NCBI GenBank assembly: GCA_963676795.2 | Contig: CAXXTB010000001.1 | Span: 544,001 to 608,000 of the forward strand | Direction: 5' to 3' | DNA: 64,000 bases | Source: Geopsychrobacteraceae bacterium | Lineage (GTDB): Bacteria > Desulfobacterota > Desulfuromonadia > Desulfuromonadales > Geopsychrobacteraceae | Part shown: positions 9,861-18,728 of the stretch, piece after piece | How the letters are laid out: every line of letters begins with the position of its first letter | Position numbering within the stretch: position 1 is the stretch's first letter | The notes under the pieces: model-generated | The model's input: the letters and a program-made list of their open reading frames with translations, nothing else | Database searches by the model: none | Told to the model about the DNA's origin: nothing | Position numbers and translations under genes: made by a program

Positions 9861-10577
9861 TCAGTCTACAGGGGATGGGCCGCTGCCGTCCAGTTCCTCA
9901 AGCCAGGCAAGCAGTTCGCTGAGCGCCGTAGAGTGAAGAAGGTAGTCTGCCCGGTTGTTGGCCACCCTGGTCTGCAGTTCGCCGAGAATCTGCTGCACCG
10001 GCCAGTTGTCGATATCCGGAATTTTCTGTGGTCGATCCGAGACATAGCCCCACATGTGCTGAACAGCGTTGATGATGCCGCCGAGAAGGGGACGGCTCTG
10101 AAGTTGTTCAGTCAGCAGTTGCGCCAGCGCGTTGAAGGAATAGCGGTTTTCGGCCAGCTGCGGGCCGATCTGCCGGTAGAGCTGCTGGTTGCGGGCCAGC
10201 AGAGAATACTTGTGCTGACTCCAGAGCTGCTGCGGGTTGTGGGGCGGGGGGATCCGACCGGGAGTTTGCTGGGCGCTTTTCAACAGTTCGAATTGCTGGC
10301 CGATAGCTCTGTAGATCGGGGGCCAGCGCTCAGGGTTTTCGTTGTCCTCGATGGGGGTGCTGTGGCCGCTGCCGCGCAGTTCCATTTCACAGGCCAGCAG
10401 CTTGTGGCGCATCCGCAGCGCCCAGCCAAAGCCAGCCCAGTAGCGGAGCGAATTGTCCTGCCGGGCCGTTTCCCGCTTATGCAGATGTTCGGCAACGCGG
10501 TGGAGTTCCTGGTGCTCGGCGGCGATCAGTTCATCACTGAAGTAGCCGGGATTGATATTCCAGAAGAACATGTCCAT
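9861..10577 (-). CDS. Pyrimidine-dimer glycosylase-like N-terminus plus DUF1722 C-terminal domain
   Basis: WNINPGY...AEHQELH, RHKLLACEMELRG, QHKYSLLAR, NAVQHMWGY, YLLHSTAL. Confidence 0.65.
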   Translation of the reverse strand: MDMFFWNINPGYFSDELIAAEHQELHRVAEHLHKRETARQDNSLRYWAGFGWALRMRHKLLACEMELRGSGHSTPIEDNENPERWPPIYRAIGQQFELLKSAQQTPGRIPPPHNPQQLWSQHKYSLLARNQQLYRQIGPQLAENRYSFNALAQLLTEQLQSRPLLGGIINAVQHMWGYVSDRPQKIPDIDNWPVQQILGELQTRVANNRADYLLHSTALSELLAWLEELDGSGPSPVD

Positions 10578-10582
10578 AGCGG

Positions 10583-11119
10583 TTAAAAACTCGAACCGGG
10601 GTGACTGAGGAATTCCAGCTCTTCCTGACTGGAAGTCCGGCCGAGGATCTCGTTGCGATGAGGATAGCGCCCGAAGCGGTCGATGATCGCTTTGTGGCGC
10701 AGCTCGTAAGTGTAGCTGGCTTCTGCTGCAAACTTTCTAAACAGCTCTTCAGCATGAACGTGAATCGCTTTAGATTCGCTGTGCATATAGGGCATCAGCA
10801 GAAAATTGCGTTCCTGTTCTTCCAGGTTGTCCAGACTGCCGCAGGCCACCGCCTCCTGGGCCAGGATCAGGGCCATGCCGTCCTGGGCAAAAGCTTGCGG
10901 GGTATTGCGGAAGATGTTACGGGAAAACTGGTCAAGGACGATGATTTCGGCCAGGCGACCCTGAGCGGTGATGCGCCAGCTGAACAGTTCACCCCGGGCG
11001 GCCGCTTGTAGCAGTGACAAAAAGCGCCTGCGCAGAACGGCATCAAATTCGCCATCGGCCATGAACCACAGCTTCGCATCGATCTCTTCGAACCAGAACC
11101 TCAGAACCTCTGTCTGCAT
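10583..11119 (-). CDS. DUF924 family protein
   Basis: LAEIIVLDQFSRNIFR, MPYMHSES, IIDRFGRYPHRN. Confidence 0.9.
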   Translation of the reverse strand: MQTEVLRFWFEEIDAKLWFMADGEFDAVLRRRFLSLLQAAARGELFSWRITAQGRLAEIIVLDQFSRNIFRNTPQAFAQDGMALILAQEAVACGSLDNLEEQERNFLLMPYMHSESKAIHVHAEELFRKFAAEASYTYELRHKAIIDRFGRYPHRNEILGRTSSQEELEFLSHPGSSF

Positions 11120-11287
11120 AGGTCTCTCCTGATGGATTTCTCTCTGGTTTCAGCATAGCAGCCTGGCGGTCCAGTGACCAGTCTCTCCCGGGGATAGAGG
11201 TCTTTGGTCACATAATTTCAAGGAGCTGTGCTACATTGGAATATCGTTTGTCGGGGAATATGGAAGAAAAGCACAGAAAGAGTCAGC

Positions 11288-11944
11288 ATGACAGCCAAGA
11301 TGAAACTCTCTCAGATCGACCTGCTCGAACTGTTTTCCGATGAAAACTACGCCGATGTCCTGGCCGGGTTCAAAGAGAAGACTTTCCGCAGAAAAGAACT
11401 GGTCTGCACCCCTTATGACGGCAGCGATTCGATCTTTATCGTCAAGAGTGGCCGGCTGCGGGTTTTTCTTTCCTACGAAGACCGTGAGTTCACCCTGGCC
11501 CTGCTGGAAAAAGGGGACATCTTCAGTACCCACACCCGGGCCTACGCCGAGGCGCTGGATGAATCGCTGATCCTGACCGGACAGACGCAGGCTTTTCACA
11601 GGAAGATCCAGCAGCATCCGCAGATCATGGCGACGGTTGTCAAGGTCCTGGGGGAACTGCTCAAGAACTCGACCGAGATCATCGAGGGGCTGGTCTTCAA
11701 GGATGTGCGTCAGCGACTGTATGATTTTCTCCATCATTGCGCACTTGAGCGCGGGGTCAGGCAGCCTGAGGGGGTGCTGGTTGATCTGGGCCTTACTTCG
11801 GAGGACCTCGCCCTGCTGATCGGCACAACCCGGCAAACCGTATCGACCCTGGTCAATGAATTGATCAAGGAGGGGAAGCTGGAAAAGGTCGGCCGTTTCA
11901 AAGTTCTGATCCGGGATTTCGAGGCGTTCCGTAGTGAAAATTGA
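11288..11944 (+). CDS. cooA: Crp/Fnr-family regulator, CooA-like (heme CO sensor)
   Basis: SGRLRVFLSYEDREFTLALLEKGDIFSTH resembles CooA with the heme His kept; C-terminal HTH LIGTTRQTVST; adjacent cowN and CooA box; start taken at ATG 11288. Confidence 0.75.
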   Translation: MTAKMKLSQIDLLELFSDENYADVLAGFKEKTFRRKELVCTPYDGSDSIFIVKSGRLRVFLSYEDREFTLALLEKGDIFSTHTRAYAEALDESLILTGQTQAFHRKIQQHPQIMATVVKVLGELLKNSTEIIEGLVFKDVRQRLYDFLHHCALERGVRQPEGVLVDLGLTSEDLALLIGTTRQTVSTLVNELIKEGKLEKVGRFKVLIRDFEAFRSEN

Positions 11945-11959
11945 GCTCTTTTTTCAATT

Positions 11960-11975
11960 TGTCGGCCAGACGACA
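11960..11975. promoter_or_regulatory. CooA-type binding site upstream of cowN
   Basis: Perfect palindrome TGTCG-GCCAGA-CGACA matching TGTC(A/G)-N6-(C/T)GACA. Confidence 0.75.
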
Positions 11976-12045
11976 GTCTTGCAGGCGATTTTTTGCTATT
12001 GAGCAGACAGGCTCTGTTCAATCAATTGCAAAAAGGAGTGAAATC

Positions 12046-12342
12046 ATGTCTGAAGTCGCATTCCAACCGGATCGCTATATTTCCTTCAAGGGGATCGAAG
12101 AAGAAAAAAACAGTACTGAACTGATCCGCCTGCTGCGCCGCCACATCGACGATCCGGAAAAGACCAACCCCTTCTGGGAGAAGTACAAGCAGATGCTCGC
12201 CGATGCCGAAAGCGGCAAGTCGGGCAAGGACTATCTGTTCCTGATTCACAGCTACATCAACAATCTGTTCGAATTCTTTGAGGAGATGGAAGACGAAGAG
12301 GCGCTTGCTCTGCTGCACAAGATCGAAGTGGAGTGCTGCTGA
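12046..12342 (+). CDS. cowN: CowN, protects nitrogenase from CO
   Basis: 98 aa; DRYISFKGI, NPFW, LFLIHSYINNLFEFFE and C-terminal ECC typical of CowN; AAGGAG RBS. Confidence 0.85.
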   Translation: MSEVAFQPDRYISFKGIEEEKNSTELIRLLRRHIDDPEKTNPFWEKYKQMLADAESGKSGKDYLFLIHSYINNLFEFFEEMEDEEALALLHKIEVECC

Positions 12343-12576
12343 CCTTATCCCCGTAAGAAAAAGCGCACCGGGCAATGGCGCCCGAACTTTTCCGGCCAGC
12401 CTTGATTGATCCGTTTCCTGCTCCAGTTTGTAAGCTTATCAATAATCATAATTCGAAACGTCCTGTCTTCTTTTGCGGCCGCTATCATCGGCAGAGCGGC
12501 GAGTTCTCCGGAGCCACCGATTTGCTGGGTCAAATTTTTTATGGATGAAGCGATGGCTATGAAGTCTGTTGGAAAA

Positions 12577-13113
12577 TTACCAATACAACGATTTCTGTAG
12601 AGCGTCAACGCAGGTGCAGTTGCCAACCATTTCCGCAATAGGATCTCCCGAAAGAGCCATGCCGAGCCACCCCTCAGGTTGCGATAACTCGAAAGGGGCT
12701 TTTACCTTCGAAGGGGATATTGGTTCAAATCCAACCTTTGAATAAAAGGCCGGATCTCCATAGGTCACAGCAAAGCGAATACCGCTGTTTTTAAGTTCAT
12801 TCAGCCCGTAAGAAATCAAAGCCTGGCCAATGCCTCTGCCCTGACAGGAACTCTGCACAGCCACTGGAGCTAATATGAAGGCTTCAATTCCTGTATCAAA
12901 AGTCAAACAGCTGAAGAAAATAGAGCCAACGATCTGCTCATTGTCGCAGGCGACAAAATTGAATAGATCTGACGGAGGAGTCCCGGCGAAAAGATCTTTT
13001 GTCAACTGACCAATGAGCGCCCCTTCTGCAGCCCCTTCAGAAGCAGTGAATACCGATTCAAACAGCTGAACAATGGCCTGTGTCTCATTTCCTTTATGGT
13101 TCCTGTAATTCAT
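12577..13113 (-). CDS. GNAT-family N-acetyltransferase
   Basis: LAPVAV..QGRGIGQALI, YGDPAFYSKVGF; more AT-rich than its neighbours. Confidence 0.88.
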   Translation of the reverse strand: MNYRNHKGNETQAIVQLFESVFTASEGAAEGALIGQLTKDLFAGTPPSDLFNFVACDNEQIVGSIFFSCLTFDTGIEAFILAPVAVQSSCQGRGIGQALISYGLNELKNSGIRFAVTYGDPAFYSKVGFEPISPSKVKAPFELSQPEGWLGMALSGDPIAEMVGNCTCVDALQKSLYW

Positions 13114-13151
13114 AGCGATTTCTCGTCAACTTTTGAAGATTACCTCGTAAA

Positions 13152-13290
13152 TCAGGGACACTCCCCAGTTTTTCTCGGTCTGCCCGGCTTGCGAGGTCTC
13201 AGGATCGTATCCAGCTGAGACTCCATGCTGTCAATAAGAACGTCCGTTCCTAACGGCCGCCCGGTGCGGGTGGCGCTACACCAGAGTATA
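13152..13290 (-). pseudogene. C-terminal remnant of a Y1 (IS200/RAYT-like) HUH transposase
   Basis: Manual translation gives ATRTGRPLGTDVLIDSMESQLDTILRPRKPGRPRKTGECP*; no start codon or N-terminal part; ends in GGGGAGTGTCCC. Confidence 0.6.
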
Positions 13291-13316
13291 TTTGTCAAGG
13301 GAAAAAGATCCTCGCT

Positions 13317-15221
13317 TTATATGCTCCTGACGATCCTGTTGACCTCGGCAAAGGGGTACTTTTCTAGTTTGCCGTAGCCTTCCATCTTGCTCCCTTTCAG
13401 CCTGCTGCACAATGGGGTTGTGATCCCGCAGAGAAATCGGCTCAGCGCTTCATCTGCCAGTAACCCTTCACCGGCCTGACGATAAGGCTGCAGCCAGTTT
13501 GCCACTTGGCGGGGATCGACGGGCGGTAGCTCCTGCCGCTTCAGACAGGCCGGTCTGCCGGCACAGACAGAGCAGTGGCCGCATCTTTCCGGTGCCTGCT
13601 GGTCGGCAAAGTAGCCAGCCAGGGTATGGCTCAGGCACTGTTCGCTTTGAAAGAAGTCGAGCATGGCATGAATACGCCTGATTTCGCTCTCTTCCTTGCG
13701 GGCAAACAGGTTATACAGCCGCTCGACCAGTTCCTGCTGCGAGATTTGAGTATTGACCACCCGGTAGACATCGGTGAGCTGTTTGCTTTCCAGTTCGATC
13801 CAGCCTTTTTCCTGGAAATAGTCGATGGCGGCGACGGCGCGCTTTCTTTTGCCTCCGTAACTGTCCCAGAGGGCGCCGAAATCGACGCTGTACCAGGTTC
13901 GGGCCTTTGCGGAACAGTGGAAAATCGCCTCGACAAAGGCGCGTCTTTCGTCCTGAAAGCGGTTGATGATCTTTTCAGCACTATCGATAAATTTGAAGCG
14001 ATACGAATCGAAATAGCTGTATTGGGACTCGATGATATTGTGCAGTTCCAGGTAGACCAACAGGGTTTTCAGGGGCAGTAGACGGATATTGCTGTCAAAG
14101 GAGAGGCGGTTCAGCATGACTTCCCAGTCGCCGTCACAGGCGTAGATCTGCTCGACAACATAGGCGATGGACGATTTATCCGGTGTATCGCCGTAGGTGA
14201 AGTTTTCCAGTACATTGAGATTGTCGGCATTGGCCAGCACCGTACACGCGGACTGAAGACCGTCGCGGCCGGCCCGGCCGATTTCCTGCGAATAGTTTTC
14301 TATCGATTTCGGCAGGTCGTAATGGATCACCCGGCGGATGTCGGCCTTGTCGATGCCCATGCCGAAGGCAATGGTGGCGACGATGCAGGGGGAAGCGCCC
14401 TGCATGAACTGCTGCTGAATCGCGTCCCTGAGTTCGGCTTTCATCCCGGCGTGATAGGGGATGGCGTTGATACCGCTCTGCTGCAGTCTGTCTGCGACAA
14501 GTTCGGCGGTTTTCTGCTGCGTCACATAGACAACCGTGGGGGCGGCGGGGGACTCCTGCATCAGCGACTGCAGCCGGGTGAATTTCTGCTCCTCGCTGCA
14601 GGAGAGGACGTTCAGGGTCAGGTTGGAGCGGTAAAAACCGGTGACGGTCACGGCATCTTCGGCGATGGCAAATTTGTTCCTCATGTCCTCAATAACCTGT
14701 GGCGTCGCCGTGGCCGTCAGCAGCAGCGCCTGCGGGATCTTGAGCTGCTGCTGATAGGCGGGAAGCTTCAGGTAATCGGGGCGGAAGTTATGCCCCCATT
14801 CCGAAATACAGTGCGCTTCGTCGACCACCAGCAGTGAGATCGGTATCTGGGCGATAAATTGCCGGAAGCGTTCGTTTTTAAGACGTTCAACGGAGATCAT
14901 CAGGATCTTCAGAGCACCGCTGCGCGCTTGCTGCATGACGTTCTGGGTGCTCTCCCGGCTCTGTGTCGAATCGATGGCAGCGGCAGCGATCCCTTTGCTG
15001 TGGAGGAACTCAAGCTGATCTTTCATCAGGGCCAAAAGCGGTGAGATCACCAGGGTTAGGTGCGGCAGCTGCAGGGCCGGAAGCTGATAGCAGAGCGATT
15101 TGCCCGAACCTGTCGGGAAGATAGCCGCGGCAGACCGGCCGCTGAGGATATTGTCCATCACCTCCGCCTGGCCGGGGCGCAGGGCTTCAAAGCCGAAATG
15201 TTGCTTCAATGTCCGGAGCAT
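13317..15221 (-). CDS. recQ: RecQ-family ATP-dependent DNA helicase
   Basis: PTGSGKSLCYQ, VDEAHCISEWGHNFRPDY, ATIAFGMGIDK, QEIGRAGRDG, Zn motif CGHCSVC. Confidence 0.93.
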   Translation of the reverse strand: MLRTLKQHFGFEALRPGQAEVMDNILSGRSAAAIFPTGSGKSLCYQLPALQLPHLTLVISPLLALMKDQLEFLHSKGIAAAAIDSTQSRESTQNVMQQARSGALKILMISVERLKNERFRQFIAQIPISLLVVDEAHCISEWGHNFRPDYLKLPAYQQQLKIPQALLLTATATPQVIEDMRNKFAIAEDAVTVTGFYRSNLTLNVLSCSEEQKFTRLQSLMQESPAAPTVVYVTQQKTAELVADRLQQSGINAIPYHAGMKAELRDAIQQQFMQGASPCIVATIAFGMGIDKADIRRVIHYDLPKSIENYSQEIGRAGRDGLQSACTVLANADNLNVLENFTYGDTPDKSSIAYVVEQIYACDGDWEVMLNRLSFDSNIRLLPLKTLLVYLELHNIIESQYSYFDSYRFKFIDSAEKIINRFQDERRAFVEAIFHCSAKARTWYSVDFGALWDSYGGKRKRAVAAIDYFQEKGWIELESKQLTDVYRVVNTQISQQELVERLYNLFARKEESEIRRIHAMLDFFQSEQCLSHTLAGYFADQQAPERCGHCSVCAGRPACLKRQELPPVDPRQVANWLQPYRQAGEGLLADEALSRFLCGITTPLCSRLKGSKMEGYGKLEKYPFAEVNRIVRSI

Positions 15222-15251
15222 AATTATGAATGTCCCTTGTTAATCTATGAG

Positions 15252-15296
15252 CAACTTGCAGCAATTGATGCAATACGCTACACTTGCTGCAAGTTG
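15252..15296 (+). promoter_or_regulatory. Sigma-70 promoter with operator inverted repeat for the TA operon
   Basis: TTGCAG(15256)-17 nt-TACACT(15279); 13-bp inverted repeat CAACTTGCAGCAA/TTGCTGCAAGTTG overlapping the -35 and -10/+1 regions. Confidence 0.7.
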
Positions 15297-15314
15297 AGAC
15301 TAAAGGAGATTGAT

Positions 15315-15536
15315 ATGTCTACATCCAGTGTGCGACTTGACCAAGATCTAGTTGAGAAAGCCGCCATTATGGCAAAAGCATTAAACCGTACCACGCCGAA
15401 GCAAATTGAACACTGGGCTAAAATCGGTGAAATGATGGAAGATAACCCAGATTTGCCATATGAATTCGTCAGGCAGGCCATCATTGCAAAAGCCGAAAAA
15501 GAAGCTGGTAAGCTCGAGGAATACAATTTTGGCTAA
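15315..15536 (+). CDS. ParD-like antitoxin (integron cassette 5, inverted)
   Basis: MSTSSVRLDQDLV...RTTPKQIEHWAKIGEMMEDNPDLPYEF; AAGGAG RBS. Confidence 0.85.
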   Translation: MSTSSVRLDQDLVEKAAIMAKALNRTTPKQIEHWAKIGEMMEDNPDLPYEFVRQAIIAKAEKEAGKLEEYNFG

Positions 15537-15819
15537 AATTACCCAGGTCCTTCAAACACCAACCTTCAAAAAAGCAGTCAAGAAGCTCCACCAAAACCAA
15601 AAGAAGGATCTGGATAAGGCCGTTAAGGAGCTTGTTGATGATCCCCTTCTGGGTGAACAGAAAAAAGGGGGGCTGTCATTTCTGCGAATTTACAAATTTA
15701 AAATGAATAAACAGCTCACCCTTCTTGGTTATAGCTACGAGGATGGAACTGTTACCCTTGAGCTAATGTCTCTCGGCTCCCATGAGAATTTTTACCGGGA
15801 TATCAAAGGCATCATTTAA
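15529..15819 (+). CDS. RelE/ParE-family toxin (integron cassette 5, inverted)
   Basis: QTPTFKKAVKKL, DPLLGEQKKG, IYKFK, LGSHENFYRD; TTG start overlapping the antitoxin stop. Confidence 0.85.
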   Translation: MAKITQVLQTPTFKKAVKKLHQNQKKDLDKAVKELVDDPLLGEQKKGGLSFLRIYKFKMNKQLTLLGYSYEDGTVTLELMSLGSHENFYRDIKGII

Positions 15820-15836
15820 GCTTACTCAATCATAAC

Positions 15837-17599
15837 GAATCTGTAGAAAAACCGGGATCACTGAGTTCTCATATCCCGGAATCGAGTTAATGTTTCGATG
15901 TCCAGCTGGTTTATTCCCGTTTGCTCATTTAAGCATCTTTTGCCGTATTATCCATCCGGAATTTTTAAGATTTCTGCATTTTTCAGGCGTTTTCTCCCTC
16001 TATGCCATCCCGAAACGGTGAATCTTGGTCAGATTATGCAACAGGGTGAATAGTTTCCATTGGCCGTCAGCCTTGGCTTTACTGCGCAGGCTGAACCTTT
16101 TGATGCCGATAGCTTCGCAGATGTGGCCGAAGACCGGTTCGACAATACCGAGACGCCGGCTGTAGATATGGCGGCCGAGTTTGCTGTCGATTTTCTGCTT
16201 CATCCGTTCCAGGGGGCCGTTCTTTTCAGTTTCGACATGCTCAAGTAATACGTTGAGCTGGCGGGCGCCTTTTTGTTTGCTGCTCTTTAAACATCTGTCG
16301 CGCAGCGGGCAGTTATCACAATCCTCTTTGTGCCCCATGAACTGCATGAAGAGATTATCGCGGATTTTGGCTTTGGCACATTTGAGCCACAGGCTCTTTC
16401 CGGCCGGGCAGATGCAGGTCTGCTGTTCGATATCCACCTGAAAGTCATCACCGCTGAAACGGTTTCGGGCGGAAGACTTCCTCCGGATCTCCGGTTTGTG
16501 CTGGCCGGCATCGGCAAAGCGGGGGTCGCGGGAACGAAAGCCGTGATCGGCCAGATAGCCGTCAATTTGGTTTTTCTCCAGATAGTTCAAGGTGTCTTTG
16601 TTGCAGAACCCACTGTCGGCGAGAACCTTGGCCTGTTTTGATGGGGGAATGACATCTTTGTCGAAGGCTTTGTCGATCTGTTCGACCAGCGGTTCCAGCA
16701 AGCCGTGTTCCTGCCCCTGACCAAAGGCTTCAGCACTGACAACAATCTGATGCTTACTGTCGACCGCCGCAACACCGACATAGCCCTGAATAACACCGTG
16801 ACTGGTCTTCATCTTGGCACTGTCAGGATCGGTGATATTGCTCTGGACTTCGTTGCCACTGTAGCCTTTGCGGGGTTCGTTCTGTTTGAGAAAGCGGTCG
16901 ATTTTGTCGCTGGCGGCCAGCAGAGTATCGATCTGTTTCTGCTGTTTCTGGCGGATCTGGTGATCATTTTCCCCTTTACGGTCTTCTTCGCGGTGCACAT
17001 TGAGCATGTGGCGTACCGCCTGGTCGATCTTCCGGCTCTTCTTTCTTAACGCGTCGTGGGTGCCACTCCATTCTTTAGAGGCATTTGAGGGCAGCTTGCA
17101 GCCGTCGATAGCAAACATCTCTCTACCGATCAATCCCATGTCGTCACAGATCATCAGGACCTGGTGGAAGAGCTTGGCAATCTCACCGCTTGAGCCGGAG
17201 ATGAAGTCGGCAATGGTGGTGAAGTGAGGGCGGCAGTCACTGGATAAGGCCATGAACAGAACATTCTCGCGGCACAACGCTTCAATGCGGCGGCTGCCGG
17301 TGACGCCCCGGGCATAGGCCAGCAGGACAATTTTCAAGAGCAAGGCGGGGTCATAGGCCGGCCGGCCGTTGTCATCGTTCTTGTATTTGTGATGGAAGAT
17401 CGACAGATCGAGCTTGTTGTCGACCAGAAAACTGAGGGTGTACTCAAAGGTTCCGGGGAGAATCTGTTGTTCAAAGGAGATGGGCAGCAATACCGTTTGA
17501 TGCGGATTGTAATCGATAAAACGCGCCATGTTTTCCCTCCCCTGAAAATCATAAAAAGTGGAGTAACTATAGCACATTTAAAGGTTTTTCTACAGCCTC
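15837..17599 (-). mobile_element. IS1182-family insertion sequence, copy 1 (1763 bp), at the core site of attC4
   Basis: Terminal IRs GAATCTGTAGAAAAACC / GAGGCTGTAGAAAAACC; AAC repeated at 15834-15836 and 17600-17602. Confidence 0.92.
16000..17529 (-). CDS. IS1182-family DDE transposase
   Basis: GRPAYDPALLLK...SRRIE...PHFTTIADF N-terminus; AIDGCKL, NITDPDS, LADSGF, VEPVFG; Cys-rich CPAGK...CDNCPLRDRC; start taken at MARF. Confidence 0.92.
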   Translation of the reverse strand: MARFIDYNPHQTVLLPISFEQQILPGTFEYTLSFLVDNKLDLSIFHHKYKNDDNGRPAYDPALLLKIVLLAYARGVTGSRRIEALCRENVLFMALSSDCRPHFTTIADFISGSSGEIAKLFHQVLMICDDMGLIGREMFAIDGCKLPSNASKEWSGTHDALRKKSRKIDQAVRHMLNVHREEDRKGENDHQIRQKQQKQIDTLLAASDKIDRFLKQNEPRKGYSGNEVQSNITDPDSAKMKTSHGVIQGYVGVAAVDSKHQIVVSAEAFGQGQEHGLLEPLVEQIDKAFDKDVIPPSKQAKVLADSGFCNKDTLNYLEKNQIDGYLADHGFRSRDPRFADAGQHKPEIRRKSSARNRFSGDDFQVDIEQQTCICPAGKSLWLKCAKAKIRDNLFMQFMGHKEDCDNCPLRDRCLKSSKQKGARQLNVLLEHVETEKNGPLERMKQKIDSKLGRHIYSRRLGIVEPVFGHICEAIGIKRFSLRSKAKADGQWKLFTLLHNLTKIHRFGMA

Positions 17600-17700
17600 A
17601 ACGGTTTTGATAAGCCGTGGGGTAGTGGCTTTGCGGGTTGGTAGAGACTTTTACGAGAACCACAGAGCTATCCGCCATCGGCTTGATTATATTGTTAGGT
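17600..17700 (-). other. attC4 recombination site; IS inserted directly after the GTT of R'
   Basis: R'' ACCTAAC (17700-17694) complements the cassette start GTTAGGT; body nearly identical to attC2. Confidence 0.85.
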
Positions 17701-18144
17701 ATTGTCAGATTGTGATTTTTCCAAGAGTTTGTCTATCAGTGGGAAAATCTTTGATCTTGTGCTTCCGTACTTGCTTGGATCACGGCTTGCAGAACTGCCT
17801 TTGTGTTTATAGGTGACAGAACCAATTATCTCATTTCCTTTTTTTAGTTCTATTTTGGCTTTGCTCAAAAATGGGATAGGGTCGTAGGATCTGTATGCCT
17901 CAAATGTGACAATCGCATCACAATTGTCTGGTCTATTTATCATGTAACTTTCAGATGAAATATTATGGTATTCAAATCTTTCCTGCATTGCACTGATGAA
18001 ATCGCGAGTGTTTGAGTGGGTGCTTTCTAAAATACACAAATGAGTGATTTGGTTCTTATCCATATCAACTTTACTCACATTTACCGTTGTACATCCGAAA
18101 AAGGTAGCAACTATCAAAAGTGCGACGAAGTATTTAATTTTCAC
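17695..18144 (-). CDS. Cassette 4: lipoprotein, Sbal_3080-like
   Basis: Lipobox FFGC after GTG start with AAGGA RBS; VTFEAYRSYDPIPFLSKAKIEL...SKYGSTRSKIFPLIDKLL; stop codon lies inside R''. Confidence 0.7.
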   Translation of the reverse strand: MKIKYFVALLIVATFFGCTTVNVSKVDMDKNQITHLCILESTHSNTRDFISAMQERFEYHNISSESYMINRPDNCDAIVTFEAYRSYDPIPFLSKAKIELKKGNEIIGSVTYKHKGSSASRDPSKYGSTRSKIFPLIDKLLEKSQSDNT

Positions 18145-18159
18145 AAATTCATCCTTTTT

Positions 18160-18264
18160 ACCTAACGGTTCTGCATAACCGGTGGCGGTAATGCGTTTCA
18201 ATTTAGTAGACTTCTTGCGGATTTCGCCTAGCCCAGCTCCATCCGGTTAATGCTTGGGTTATAC
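18160..18264 (-). other. attC3 recombination site (105 bp)
   Basis: R'' GTATAAC complements the cassette start GTTATAC; R' GTTAGGT; imperfect inverted repeat body. Confidence 0.85.
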
Positions 18265-18269
18265 AAGGC

Positions 18270-18602
18270 TCAGTCAGAAATTGTTGTTACTGGTGGAACG
18301 ACAGGAATGGAAAACTGAATACGACTAACCCTGCTTGTTGTTGTCGCTGTACTTCCATCACCTCCAATGGAGAGCCCAACTACCTTAATACCACCATTCA
18401 TCCCGGCTTTTTCTTCGTCTGCAACAGTGACAGCTATATCGAATTTAACCTCTTGGATAAGCGATGAATTGATGTCGCCCGTTCCTCCCCAACTTGGGTT
18501 TATCGCACCGTTAATTTTTTTGGAAATTGTTTGATTGATAGCCATTTGAACACCTTCTTGAATTTCACCAAGAGTGGCAGCAATGAATTCTTTTAATTCC
18601 AT
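18270..18602 (-). CDS. Cassette 3: small Trypco2-like protein
   Basis: MELKEFIAATLGEIQEGV...VKFDIAVTV...GGIKVVGLSIGG...SRIQFSIPV; GAGG RBS; family from recalled similarity. Confidence 0.6.
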   Translation of the reverse strand: MELKEFIAATLGEIQEGVQMAINQTISKKINGAINPSWGGTGDINSSLIQEVKFDIAVTVADEEKAGMNGGIKVVGLSIGGDGSTATTTSRVSRIQFSIPVVPPVTTISD

Positions 18603-18623
18603 ATATAGCCTCAATTCTATTTT

Positions 18624-18728
18624 GTATAACGGTTTTGATAAGTCGTGGCGCAGTGTCTTTGCGGGTTGGTAGAGACTTTTACGAGAACCGCAGAGCTAAC
18701 CGCCATCGGCTTAATTTTATTGTTATAA
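18624..18728 (-). other. attC2 recombination site (105 bp)
   Basis: R'' TTATAAC complements the cassette start GTTATAA; R' GTTATAC. Confidence 0.88.

Noticed and set aside
12577..13113. GNAT gene as a displaced integron cassette
   Set aside because: AT-rich and cassette-like, but I found no complementary core-site pair or attC around it.
17600..18728. CRISPR array suggested by the recurring ~100-bp sequences
   Set aside because: Units are long, separated by whole genes and carry RYYYAAC/GTTRRRY-type ends, so they are attC sites; no cas genes are present.
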